From positions 359,819 to 423,818 of the forward strand of contig JAOZHO010000037.1 of the NCBI GenBank assembly GCA_026014875.1: a DNA stretch of 64,000 bases, given 5' to 3'. Positions within the stretch are counted from its first letter, which is position 1, and each line of letters begins with the position of its first letter. This stretch comes from Candidatus Bathyarchaeota archaeon. GTDB lineage: Archaea; Thermoproteota; Bathyarchaeia; TCS64. The notes below the pieces were generated by a model. It was not told the DNA's origin, made no database searches, and worked only from the letters and a program-made list of their open reading frames with translations. The position numbers and the translations under genes were made by a program. Below, one piece after another: positions 28,278 through 36,740 of this stretch.

Positions 28278-28451
28278 CTAGACGCCGCCTTGGATAGTGG
28301 CGGCTATCAGCCGGATCATGAAGCCGATACCCCCCAGGACCGCGACGCCGACGAAGACGATCTTGAAGCTCAGGCTGTAGGTCTTCCAGTCAGGCCTGGA
28401 TATGGTTCTCAGGAGGCGCGCCGCCGACTGGAAAAAGCTGCCTAGACCCAT
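28278..28451 (-). CDS. secE: preprotein translocase subunit SecE/Sec61-gamma
   Basis: 57-aa ORF below the track threshold: MGLGSFFQSAARLLRTISRPDWKTYSLSFKIVFVGVAVLGGIGFMIRLIAATIQGGV. Amphipathic N-terminus plus a single TM, typical of archaeal SecE. Confidence 0.75.
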   Translation of the reverse strand: MGLGSFFQSAARLLRTISRPDWKTYSLSFKIVFVGVAVLGGIGFMIRLIAATIQGGV

Positions 28452-28488
28452 CTTCGCCTGCTATCGAGGGAGGGCGCCCTTAAATCCT

Positions 28489-29400
28489 TTACGAATCCCC
28501 CAGAATCTTCTCGATGAACCATGACGCCTCGAAGGGTTGGAGGTCCCCGTACTCCTGGCCGACCCCGACGTAGATGATGGGCTTCCCGGTGAGGTAGGCG
28601 ACGCTGAGGCTGCTCCCCCCCTTCGCGTCCGCATCCACCTTGGTGAGGATCGCGGCGTCGAAGCCGATGTGCTCGTTGAAGCTCTGGGCCTGATCCACGG
28701 CGTCGTTCCCGATGAGGCTGTCCAGAACCATCACCGTAAAGTCGGGCTGGACCACCCTCTTGATCTTCTGAAGCTCGTCCATGAGGTTCCTGTTGGTCTG
28801 CATCCGACCCGCCGTGTCGATGAGGACGGCGTCGACCCCCTGGGCCCTAGCGTGCTGCACGGCGTCATAGCTCACCGCCGCTGCGTCACTCCCATACCTG
28901 TGCTTGATGACCCTCACCCCGAGGCGCCTCGCGTGCTCCTCGAGCTGCTCGATGGCCCCCGCCCGGTAGGTGTCCCCGGAGGCGAGGACGACTGTGAAAC
29001 CGTTATCCAGGAGTCGACGGGTGACCTTAGCGATTGTGGTGGTCTTCCCCGTCCCGTTTATCCCCACGAACATCGCGACGAAGGGCTCCCCCGAAGATTT
29101 CTTGGCCGAAACGAGGTCGACGATGTCCTTCCGGTCCTCAGAGGCCATTACGGACTCGATGCTCTCCCTGAAGGCTTCCCTGATGGCTTTGGACTTGTCC
29201 CCGAAACGGGGGAGAGACGTGCCGATCAGGCGACTCTGGAACTCCTCGGAGATCTTCGCCGCCACCTCGACGGCGACGTCGTTGCCGATGAGCTGGAGCT
29301 GAAGGTCCCACAGGACAGGCTCTAGGTCCTTCTCGGATAATGCGCTCTGGGAGATCTTGTCGACTACGCCCTTGAGGCCCTCGCGGAGCTTCTCAAACAC
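28489..29400 (-). CDS. ftsY: signal recognition particle receptor FtsY
   Basis: SRP-GTPase NG domain (GINGTGKTTT, DTAGR, KVDA motifs). Confidence 0.9.
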   Translation of the reverse strand: MFEKLREGLKGVVDKISQSALSEKDLEPVLWDLQLQLIGNDVAVEVAAKISEEFQSRLIGTSLPRFGDKSKAIREAFRESIESVMASEDRKDIVDLVSAKKSSGEPFVAMFVGINGTGKTTTIAKVTRRLLDNGFTVVLASGDTYRAGAIEQLEEHARRLGVRVIKHRYGSDAAAVSYDAVQHARAQGVDAVLIDTAGRMQTNRNLMDELQKIKRVVQPDFTVMVLDSLIGNDAVDQAQSFNEHIGFDAAILTKVDADAKGGSSLSVAYLTGKPIIYVGVGQEYGDLQPFEASWFIEKILGDS

Positions 29401-29836
29401 CGGGCTCCACCCCTTGGAGGCTGGCTCTCAGCCTGTTGAGGGCGTCCCTGTGGATCTCCATCTGGCCCAGGATCTGCTGGAGCTGCTCCTGCACGGATTG
29501 GCTCGCCTTATCCACCTCCTCGAGCCTGTTCGAGAGGTCCTGATCCGCCTCGTCGAGCCCCATCTCGATGGAGACGTCGGCCCCGACGTTGACCAGAATG
29601 TTGCTGAGGTCGCCCAGGCGGGCGTTCACGAACGTCCCTCCGCCGGTTGGGACAAGGATGGGGTCTCCCTCCTCGACATCCTTGAGGGATTCGACGGATT
29701 TTTTTGCGACCCCAAGGTCTCCTGCGGCGTTCTGGAGAACCCCGAGCCTCTGCTGCAGCGTCTCGGCGCTGCCCTGCATCATCTGGAGCTCGTAGGCAAA
29801 CTTGCGGAACTGCTCCTCCCGGCTCGGCGCGGCCAA
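29393..29836 (-). CDS. pfdA: prefoldin alpha subunit
   Basis: Coiled-coil/beta-hairpin/coiled-coil architecture and the conserved archaeal position between LX and ftsY. Confidence 0.8.
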   Translation of the reverse strand: MAAPSREEQFRKFAYELQMMQGSAETLQQRLGVLQNAAGDLGVAKKSVESLKDVEEGDPILVPTGGGTFVNARLGDLSNILVNVGADVSIEMGLDEADQDLSNRLEEVDKASQSVQEQLQQILGQMEIHRDALNRLRASLQGVEPGV

Positions 29837-29838
29837 GG

Positions 29839-30048
29839 CTAAGCCCCCTCTTTGGGGACGACTTCCTCGATGGAGTCGATCTTGACCTGGAAACGCTTCG
29901 CCCTGTGGCGGCTTCCCATCTCGGCGTATATCTTCTCGAGGGCGTGGGCCTCCTTGGCGGCGGCTATCTCCTTGTTGAACGTGAAGGGCTCGTATAGGCC
30001 GGGCTTGTCGATGCGACCGGAGACTCGGAAGACCTTGGTCTCGCTCAT
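29839..30048 (-). CDS. rplX: 50S ribosomal protein LX (L18Ae/L20e)
   Basis: MSETKVFRVSGRIDKPG... matches LX. Confidence 0.8.
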   Translation of the reverse strand: MSETKVFRVSGRIDKPGLYEPFTFNKEIAAAKEAHALEKIYAEMGSRHRAKRFQVKIDSIEEVVPKEGA

Positions 30049-30332
30049 TCCTCTTCCTCCTCTTCCGCTTCTGTCTCTGCCTCGGCTAGAGTGACCGTGA
30101 CGGTGCCCTCGTCGTCCTTGGAGAGCCTCACCCGGATCTTCCGGGGAGGCTTCCTGATGCCCCGGGCCCAGATGGCCTCGTTGACGGTGGTGTCGATGAT
30201 GACCGCCTCGGGCTTCATGTGGCGCTGGACGAACTTCCTCAGGATGGTTATCGCCTTCTCTGCCCTCCTGTACTTGGGGACGGCCAAAGCCTTTCCGAGG
30301 GGGACGGTGTAGATTCTCTCCTTAGCTGACAA
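30045..30332 (-). CDS. rpl31e: 50S ribosomal protein L31e
   Basis: Family match with acidic C-terminal tail. Confidence 0.85.
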   Translation of the reverse strand: MSAKERIYTVPLGKALAVPKYRRAEKAITILRKFVQRHMKPEAVIIDTTVNEAIWARGIRKPPRKIRVRLSKDDEGTVTVTLAEAETEAEEEEEE

Positions 30333-30344
30333 ACAGTTTTCCTC

Positions 30345-30503
30345 CTATGCCCTGAGCTTGGTGCGCCGCCAGTTCCGTCTGCTCTTGGGGCTGAAACGGA
30401 CTTTACCCCGAGTCTTGGCTATAATCCACGCTGGCACCGACTTGTTCTGCCTACCTGCCTTGTTGAGGCGGAGCTTGTAGGCCAGCGTTTTGTTTCTCGC
30501 CAT
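30345..30503 (-). CDS. rpl39e: 50S ribosomal protein L39e
   Basis: 51-aa ORF below the track threshold: [52 protein letters not shown]. Confidence 0.85.
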   Translation of the reverse strand: MARNKTLAYKLRLNKAGRQNKSVPAWIIAKTRGKVRFSPKSRRNWRRTKLRA

Positions 30504-30507
30504 TCAT

Positions 30508-30846
30508 CTATCTCCTTGTGATCTTGATATCCCTCTTGCTCTGCTGCGCCTGAAGCTGGGTCAGCAGGCGCTTCAGCGTCTCGTCGTCGATGGGGAGCCT
30601 CGTCCTCCCGCTCTGGGCGACCTGGAGCAGTTGAAGCTCGAGTTGAGCCCCAAAGTCCGGGCGGACCATCCTGACCCGGGCGAGCCTCTGGCGGGCCTCG
30701 GGGGAGAGGATCTGCCGGAGCAGGGCATCCTTCTTGGTCTCGGCCTCCTGCTGAGCCCGCTGGACGTGATCCTGTTGCTGCTGCTGAGCCTGGATCTCCA
30801 GCATTCTCTGCTGCCTGATCCTCTCCAGTTCCTCGTCTGAAGACAC
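30508..30846 (-). CDS. DNA-binding protein of the PDCD5/TFAR19 (dsDNA-binding, PF01984) family
   Basis: Conserved partner of L39e/L31e in archaea; ...ILSPEARQRLARVRMVRPD... motif. Confidence 0.7.
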   Translation of the reverse strand: MSSDEELERIRQQRMLEIQAQQQQQDHVQRAQQEAETKKDALLRQILSPEARQRLARVRMVRPDFGAQLELQLLQVAQSGRTRLPIDDETLKRLLTQLQAQQSKRDIKITRR

Positions 30847-30856
30847 CGGTCTCTCC

Positions 30857-31312
30857 TCAATACTTTTTGAGATCGGGGTTGTCCCTGTCCATCTCCCGCT
30901 TTATCTGGCCGGACATCGCGTCGAGGAGGCTCCTCCCCTTCGCGCTCACGACTCTGCCCTTGATACCGTCTTTCTGGGCGAGGCCTGCGGTCTCCATCTG
31001 CTGGAGGAGGGTCCTGATGATGTTGCCTCCTGCCTTCTTGAAGTGGGCGGGCCTTACGCCGTTGCGTTTCCTGCCGCCGTAGGCCTTCCTGAGATGGGAG
31101 ACGCCTATGGGGCCCTTGGTGTAGAGCTTCCTCAGCATGGAGGCGGCCCTGACGTACCACCAGTCCGGGTCCAGTGGGGCCCGCTCGACGTGGGGACCGG
31201 TCTTAACGTAGGAGGCCCACTCCGGGGGAGTGAACTCCTTGATGTTGTCCTTCATGTAATCGGAGAGCCGAGAGATGAGGGCGTCCGCTGGCACGTCGTA
31301 GGCGGTAGTCAT
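30857..31312 (-). CDS. rps19e: 30S ribosomal protein S19e
   Basis: Family match (VKTGPHVERAP ... GIKGRVVSAKGRSLLD). Confidence 0.85.
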   Translation of the reverse strand: MTTAYDVPADALISRLSDYMKDNIKEFTPPEWASYVKTGPHVERAPLDPDWWYVRAASMLRKLYTKGPIGVSHLRKAYGGRKRNGVRPAHFKKAGGNIIRTLLQQMETAGLAQKDGIKGRVVSAKGRSLLDAMSGQIKREMDRDNPDLKKY

Positions 31313-31350
31313 ATTTCCATCACTTTTCTAACGCATTCAATTGGGTGGGG

Positions 31351-31364
31351 GACCGACATATATA
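31351..31364 (-). promoter_or_regulatory. TATA-like element upstream of the S19e operon
   Basis: Minus strand reads TAGATATATATGTC about 40-50 nt upstream of the S19e ATG. Confidence 0.25.
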
Positions 31365-31476
31365 TCTAGTTGTTTCCCCCGGTTCGACAGTTCTATCCAA
31401 GGAGAGAAGATAAAAAGGTTACGCGATTACCATGAGCCTCCCGTACAAGGGGGCTCCGAGATCAGGGATCTAAGCA

Positions 31477-31635
31477 TTATATCTGCTGGAAGGCGGTCTT
31501 CTCCGCCCCGCACACGGGGCATACCCAGCCGTCCGGGAGCTCCTCGAAAGGCGTCCCCGCCGCGATGCCCCCCTCAGGGTCCCCCTCTTCCGGGTCGTAG
31601 ACGTAACCGCAGACAGTGCACATCCATTTAGCCAT
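31477..31635 (-). CDS. rubredoxin
   Basis: 52-aa ORF below the track threshold: [52 protein letters not shown], with both CxxCG knuckles. Confidence 0.85.
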   Translation of the reverse strand: MAKWMCTVCGYVYDPEEGDPEGGIAAGTPFEELPDGWVCPVCGAEKTAFQQI

Positions 31636-31690
31636 GTTTGACTCATTCTCCATGCTAGTATTTAGTGTTAATCGCTCCAGATGACTAGCG

Positions 31691-32167
31691 TCAAGCCCAG
31701 AGGCCGGGGACGTCCCCGAACGCCGCGTCCCACCAGTCCTCCTCCGTCACGGTCTCCCCCCTGACCAGGAGCTCCTCGACCCGCTTCAGGACCTTGTGGT
31801 GGCGCCTCTCGTCCTCGATGATCGCGTTGAGGATGAACGAGACCTTCTCGTTCTCCACCCCGGGGATCATCTCCTCTAGCCTCGCGATGACCCTCTCCTC
31901 CATAGCGATGTGCCTCGCCACGAGAGCCCTCTGCACATCGAGCTGCCCCTCGTCCAGGGCGGGGCGGGACTCGGAAAGAAGTTCACCGGCGGACCTGTAC
32001 ATCTCGGCGTGCTTCAGGGAATCGTAGCTGATCCCCCTGAGGACGCTTCTCACTGCGAAGTTCTTCAGATCCCCCACCGCCAACTCCACGGACCTGACTA
32101 TCTCCTCCTCTGCATCCACCATGCCCTTGAGGAAGTTCACCAACTCTTCAGACATCTGAGACCACAT
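31691..32167 (-). CDS. ferritin-like superfamily (ExxH-motif) helical protein, function unknown
   Basis: All-helical 158 aa with ExxH-type motif (EDERRHH) and conserved Glu residues; next to rubredoxin. Confidence 0.4.
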   Translation of the reverse strand: MWSQMSEELVNFLKGMVDAEEEIVRSVELAVGDLKNFAVRSVLRGISYDSLKHAEMYRSAGELLSESRPALDEGQLDVQRALVARHIAMEERVIARLEEMIPGVENEKVSFILNAIIEDERRHHKVLKRVEELLVRGETVTEEDWWDAAFGDVPGLWA

Positions 32168-32291
32168 GAAAGAGACCGCACAATACGTCTTAAACGTTCA
32201 TAAAAAGGGCTGAAAGTAAAGGACTCTCGCTTGCGCGCGCCGGGAGGGGCACTGGAAACCCTTTATTCGGAATGGAACAACTCAGACCGAG

Positions 32292-33053
32292 ATGACGGGC
32301 GACTCCAACATTGAGACAGTGCGCAGAGACTTGGAAGCCGAGGCCTCGATGCACGGGCTGAAATCGGTCCTCGGAGTCGCCCCATTCAGGGAAGTCCATG
32401 ATGGGCTTCTCCCGGTACAGAGGACGAAGCTCAGGGAAATCGCTGGGGAGCGATTCGACTCATTCATGGAGGGGGGCTCCTTCATCAGCATCGCCTTCGC
32501 CTACCCGGAGGAGGCTATCGACGCCATCGCCGTGGAGATTGGAGGGGGATTCGATCTGGATACTTGGAGATTTTATTCTGACTGGTATGACCGCCTCAAC
32601 CAAGCCCTCAACGAAACCTCCTCGGCCATGGCGGAAAGGATAGGGGGGATATCGATCCCCGCCACGGCAGCTGGGATCGCCACCAAGATAGAGCACGTGG
32701 AGGAATATTATCCCCTCGTGGTGTCCCACAGGGTGGCTGCGGAGCTTTCGGGGGTGGGCTGGAGGGGGAAGAACGGACTGATCGTGAACCCGAGATACAG
32801 CTGCGCCATCAGGTTGGCATCCATCATCACGGACATGCCCCTCGAGAGGACGGAGCCGCTCCAAGACGGCTGCGAGGGCTGCACGGCCTGCCTCGATGCC
32901 TGCCCGTTTCTCGCTAACAAGGATAGGCTCGAGAACTACAGGGAGCAGTGCCGCAGGTATATTGTGTCTCTGGGCCTCGAACACGAGGTCTGCGGAAAGT
33001 GCATCAAGGCCTGCTACAGGGAGAGCGCCCACGGGGACGCCTTCAGGCTGTGA
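32292..33053 (+). CDS. QueG-family (epoxyqueuosine reductase-like) 4Fe-4S protein
   Basis: AAELSGVGWRGKNGLIVNPRYSCAIRLASIITDMPLE matches the QueG core (AGLGWIGK..LLI.P..GS...LGEI.TD..L). CEGCTACLDACP and CGKCIKAC ferredoxin motifs follow. Shorter than bacterial QueG. Confidence 0.6.
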   Translation: MTGDSNIETVRRDLEAEASMHGLKSVLGVAPFREVHDGLLPVQRTKLREIAGERFDSFMEGGSFISIAFAYPEEAIDAIAVEIGGGFDLDTWRFYSDWYDRLNQALNETSSAMAERIGGISIPATAAGIATKIEHVEEYYPLVVSHRVAAELSGVGWRGKNGLIVNPRYSCAIRLASIITDMPLERTEPLQDGCEGCTACLDACPFLANKDRLENYREQCRRYIVSLGLEHEVCGKCIKACYRESAHGDAFRL

Positions 33054-33055
33054 GG

Positions 33056-33349
33056 CTAGGGCTTGGCGTATAGCTCGATGAAGTTGCAGAGGCTACACCT
33101 GTAGCCGGCAATCCTCATCTTCTTGACCTCGTCCCTCTTGAAGATGAGCCCCTTCTTCTCCCCTGTCCTCTCCTCCCACATGGGCGCGGTTGTGAAAGTC
33201 TCGATCCCAGGGGGGAGACCCTGATGCATGAACCCTGGGGTCATCGGATCCATAGGGGGAACGTTCATCTTCTCGACGGGTACGGAGATCCATCCTTGCA
33301 CCATGCTTCCGCCGCACTTTGGGCAAACCTTCGGCTGAACTTCGCTCAA
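33056..33349 (-). CDS. zinc-ribbon protein, function unknown
   Basis: N-terminal CPKCGG and C-terminal CSLCN cysteine pairs in a 97-aa protein. Confidence 0.45.
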   Translation of the reverse strand: MSEVQPKVCPKCGGSMVQGWISVPVEKMNVPPMDPMTPGFMHQGLPPGIETFTTAPMWEERTGEKKGLIFKRDEVKKMRIAGYRCSLCNFIELYAKP

Positions 33350-34231
33350 TCATGACACCTCTAGATATCCTTTGGATAGCTTAGCCACCACAGTATATAG
33401 GGGATCCACTATCTGGGCTATTCTCGCTTTGCCTGCGATGCTCAGGAACATGTATGCGTCGTCCCTTTCCCAGCCGTGGTCGGCGACCATCCACTCCACC
33501 ATCTCCCTGAAGGCGTGTCGGGCGGCGTCCTCAAGGGGCCGGGCGCTCCCCACGGTCATTATCTCGTCGGGGGCCTCGATCCGGGGCCAGTTGATGGTCC
33601 ATCCCTTCCTGAGCCCGAACTTGAGGGTGACTAGGGCGTCCACCTCTACGGCCACTCCGCAGACCTCACCGTCCCCCTGGACGGCGTGGACGTCCCCGAG
33701 TTTGAAGAGGGCGCCGGGCCTCGTCACCGGGAGCAAGAGCTTGTTGCCGGGCCGGATGTCGGGGCAGTCCATGTTCCCTCCGTGGCGTCCCGGGGTGAGG
33801 CTCGAGACGGCCTCGACCTCTGGGGCCACCCCTATGGTCCCGATGAAGGGGTCCGCTTCCAGCTCCAGTTTCTTGCCGTCGTCCCTCACGTATGTGATTA
33901 TGCCATTCTCGATCTCGCAGACCTTCCGTCTGGGCTCCATGAGGTTGAGCCATCCCTCCAGGGCCCCGAAGCCCGGGATGATGGCCACGGTCCCTTCACC
34001 GGGGAGCTCTATGTCGATGACCTCCACCACCAAGGTGTCTCCCGGCTCCGCCCCCTCGACGTACAGGGGCCCGGTAGTCGGGTTGGTGATTCTGGCGAGG
34101 GCGCTCCATGTCTCGATCTCCACGGTCTCCCCCGGCTTCACGTTCGCGATGGGGGGAGTGCGGGGATCGAGGACGGAGTCGAGGAGCGCATCGAGTTCCT
34201 CCTCGGGCTTCTTCTTAATCCTCCTCGTCAT
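33350..34231 (-). CDS. acetamidase/formamidase family protein (FmdA_AmdA)
   Basis: Family match over 293 aa. Confidence 0.8.
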   Translation of the reverse strand: MTRRIKKKPEEELDALLDSVLDPRTPPIANVKPGETVEIETWSALARITNPTTGPLYVEGAEPGDTLVVEVIDIELPGEGTVAIIPGFGALEGWLNLMEPRRKVCEIENGIITYVRDDGKKLELEADPFIGTIGVAPEVEAVSSLTPGRHGGNMDCPDIRPGNKLLLPVTRPGALFKLGDVHAVQGDGEVCGVAVEVDALVTLKFGLRKGWTINWPRIEAPDEIMTVGSARPLEDAARHAFREMVEWMVADHGWERDDAYMFLSIAGKARIAQIVDPLYTVVAKLSKGYLEVS

Positions 34232-34373
34232 TAGATTGACCTACTCCTGTTCTAGGGTAAAGACATTAAAACACTTCCCCGAGGAGCGAGCCGAATAGTA
34301 AAGAATAAAAGGCGGTTCCATGCTCAGTTGTTTACGGTCCGTTGGACCAGTGCATAAGGTAAAGGTGAAAGAA

Positions 34374-34673
34374 TTGGAATACATGTACGCTGCGATGCTG
34401 CTTCACAGCGCCGGAAAGAATGTCGAGGAGACATCTATCGGCAACATTCTAAATGCTGCGGGGATCTCACCTGACGCCGTCAGGGTAAAAGCCCTCGTTG
34501 CCGCCCTCGCAGAGGTCGACATCGATGAGGCCCTCAAGGCCCCCGTGCTCACTGCCGCCGCTGCTCCCGCCACTACCGCCCCTGTGCAGGAGGAAGAGGA
34601 GCAGCCCAAGGAGGAGGAGAAGGAAGAGGAAGAAGAGGACCTCCAGGGCCTCAGCGCCCTCTTCGGGGCTTAG
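34374..34673 (+). CDS. rpl12: 50S ribosomal protein L12 (P1 stalk protein)
   Basis: TTG start at 34374 gives MEYMYAAMLLHSAGK..., the archaeal L12 N-terminus. Ends in the stalk tail EEKEEEEEDLQGLSALFGA. The track's ATG 34320 is an upstream extension; GGTGA lies upstream of the TTG. Confidence 0.85.
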   Translation: MEYMYAAMLLHSAGKNVEETSIGNILNAAGISPDAVRVKALVAALAEVDIDEALKAPVLTAAAAPATTAPVQEEEEQPKEEEKEEEEEDLQGLSALFGA

Positions 34674-34814
34674 ACTCTCTCCCAACTTTCTTCTAGATCG
34701 AGCCCTTAAACTAGTTTTAAGGAACCATACCCAGATGCTACCGGATAGTCTACATCTCGTCCATTCACCTAAGCTGCCTTTGACGGGCACACAATCTCGA
34801 CTAAGGTGATTTGA

Positions 34815-36581
34815 TTGATTAGTTCTAACAAGCTGAAAAAATTGTTCTTGGCGTTTTTCCAGAAAAATGGACATAAGTTTATCGTGAATGCGTCTCTTAT
34901 GCCGGAGAACGACTCCACCGCGTTATTCATCTCGGCCGGGATGCATCCGCTTGTACCCTATCTACTGGGTCAGCAGCATCCAAGTGGGAGAAAACTGGTA
35001 AACGTACAGAAATGCCTCAGAACCAGCGACATCGATGAAGTGGGGGACAGTTTCCACCTGAGCTTTTTTGAGATGCTGGGGAACTGGTCTCTCGGAGACT
35101 ATTTCAAGGAAGAATCAATACCGTGGAGCTACGAGTTCCTCACAAGCAAAGAATGGCTAAACATCGATGAAGAAAAGCTGAGCGTCACGGTCTTCGCCGG
35201 GGACGAGAAAATACCCAGGGACGCGGAAAGCGCGAGAATATGGGAAGGACTCGGAATCCCAAAGGATAGAATATTCTATCTGCCTAGAGAGGATAACTGG
35301 TGGGGACCCATAGGCAGCACGGGGCCGTGTGGACCCGACACGGAGATTTTCTATGACACGGGCAAGGAGCCGTGCGGAAGCGAGTGTAAGCCCGGCTGCT
35401 CCTGCGGAAAATACAACGAGATATGGAACAACGTCTTCATGGAGTACAATAGAACCCCGGACGGAGAGTATGAGCTGCTTGAACAGAAGAACGTCGACAC
35501 CGGGATGGGAGTCGAGCGGACGGTCGCAGTCTTACAGGGAAAGGATAACGTCTACGAGATCGAAATATTCGCTCCCCTGGTTAATGGAATAAAAGAACTA
35601 TCTGGCATAGAGGTTATCTCTGAAGATCAGATTAGAAGCGTTAGAATAATTTGTGATCATTCTCGTGCGGCTACTTTCCTTCTGGCCGAGGGAATAGTTC
35701 CCTTGAACGTGGAGCAAGGATACGTTTTAAGGAGGGTCATCAGGGGAGCCATCAGACACGGAAAACTGCTAGGCATAGAAAAAGAGTTCCTGAGCGTACT
35801 GTCTCAGATCATAATAGAGACATATGTTGAAGATTACCCTCACCTAAAGTCGAACGAAGACTTTATCGTAACCGAGTTTGAAAAAGAGTATAAGAAGTTT
35901 AACAACACGCTGGCTAGGGGTCTAAACAGATTCAACAGGATAGCCAGAAACAAGGAGAAAATCGACGGCAAAGACGCCTTCCTCCTCTACCAGAGCTTCG
36001 GCTTCCCAATAGAGATAACAAAGGAACTGGGGAAGGAGAACGATATCTTCGTCGACGTAGACGGCTTTCATGAAGAGTTCGAGAAACATCAGAAAGTGTC
36101 CAGAGCTGGCGCCGACAAAAGGTTCGGCAGCGGCTTAGCCGACAAGTCTGAGGCGACGGTGAAACTGCACACCGCGACACACCTACTCAACGAGGCGTTG
36201 AGACGCGTCCTGGGGAAGGATATCACCCAGAAGGGTTCAAACATAACACAGAAGCGTCTAAGGTTTGACTTCAATTTCGACAGGAAGCTAACTGCTCAAG
36301 AGAAAAAGGATGTAGAGGCGATAGTAAATGGGACGATTAACGAGGCTCTCCCCGTCAAGAGAATCGAGACCACGTTAGACGAAGCAATAAGGATGGGAAG
36401 CCAGGCAGCGTTCGAGCAGAAATACGGGGAGAAGGTCTCCGTATACTCCATCGGCGATTTCTCGACGGAGCTGTGCAGTGGTCCACACGTGGAGAACACC
36501 GGCGAGCTTGGACGATTTAAGATAATAAAGGAAGAAGGGATTTCCGCAGGCGTGCGGAGGATAAGAGCAGTTCTAGAATGA
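34815..36581 (+). CDS. alaS: bacterial-type alanine--tRNA ligase, short form (catalytic + tRNA-recognition + core editing site; no editing beta-barrel, no C-Ala domain)
   Basis: QKCLRTSDIDEVGD..HLSFFEMLGNWSLGDYFK and GPCGPDTEIFYD...EIWNNVFMEYNR match the bacterial AlaRS catalytic core. Editing zinc-site motifs HTATHLL and CSGPHV are present; the protein ends at GVRRIRAVLE. 588 aa against about 870 for a full AlaRS. The gene is about 48% GC in a 62% GC genome. TTG start behind AGGTGA. Confidence 0.75.
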   Translation: MISSNKLKKLFLAFFQKNGHKFIVNASLMPENDSTALFISAGMHPLVPYLLGQQHPSGRKLVNVQKCLRTSDIDEVGDSFHLSFFEMLGNWSLGDYFKEESIPWSYEFLTSKEWLNIDEEKLSVTVFAGDEKIPRDAESARIWEGLGIPKDRIFYLPREDNWWGPIGSTGPCGPDTEIFYDTGKEPCGSECKPGCSCGKYNEIWNNVFMEYNRTPDGEYELLEQKNVDTGMGVERTVAVLQGKDNVYEIEIFAPLVNGIKELSGIEVISEDQIRSVRIICDHSRAATFLLAEGIVPLNVEQGYVLRRVIRGAIRHGKLLGIEKEFLSVLSQIIIETYVEDYPHLKSNEDFIVTEFEKEYKKFNNTLARGLNRFNRIARNKEKIDGKDAFLLYQSFGFPIEITKELGKENDIFVDVDGFHEEFEKHQKVSRAGADKRFGSGLADKSEATVKLHTATHLLNEALRRVLGKDITQKGSNITQKRLRFDFNFDRKLTAQEKKDVEAIVNGTINEALPVKRIETTLDEAIRMGSQAAFEQKYGEKVSVYSIGDFSTELCSGPHVENTGELGRFKIIKEEGISAGVRRIRAVLE

Positions 36582-36740
36582 TCGAGCCCCCACATTCACC
36601 ACATTATTCAAAATAAAAAGGTCATAGAAGCTCTACTGGCTCAGTTCGGCTGAAACGGGTACGCAACTGTTTTTACACATAACCTTTATTCCACTCTCCA
36701 TCGAGGAATAACCGCATAGCCAGCAAGGATAGTTGGAAAC

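Noticed and set aside
28038-28445. 135-aa plus-strand ORF in the ftsY-downstream gap
   Set aside because: No signature. The opposite strand encodes a convincing 57-aa SecE within the same span.
31691-32167. Calling this protein rubrerythrin
   Set aside because: It has ExxH-like motifs and sits beside rubredoxin, but it lacks the rubrerythrin diiron motif spacing and the C-terminal rubredoxin-like domain. Kept as generic ferritin-like.
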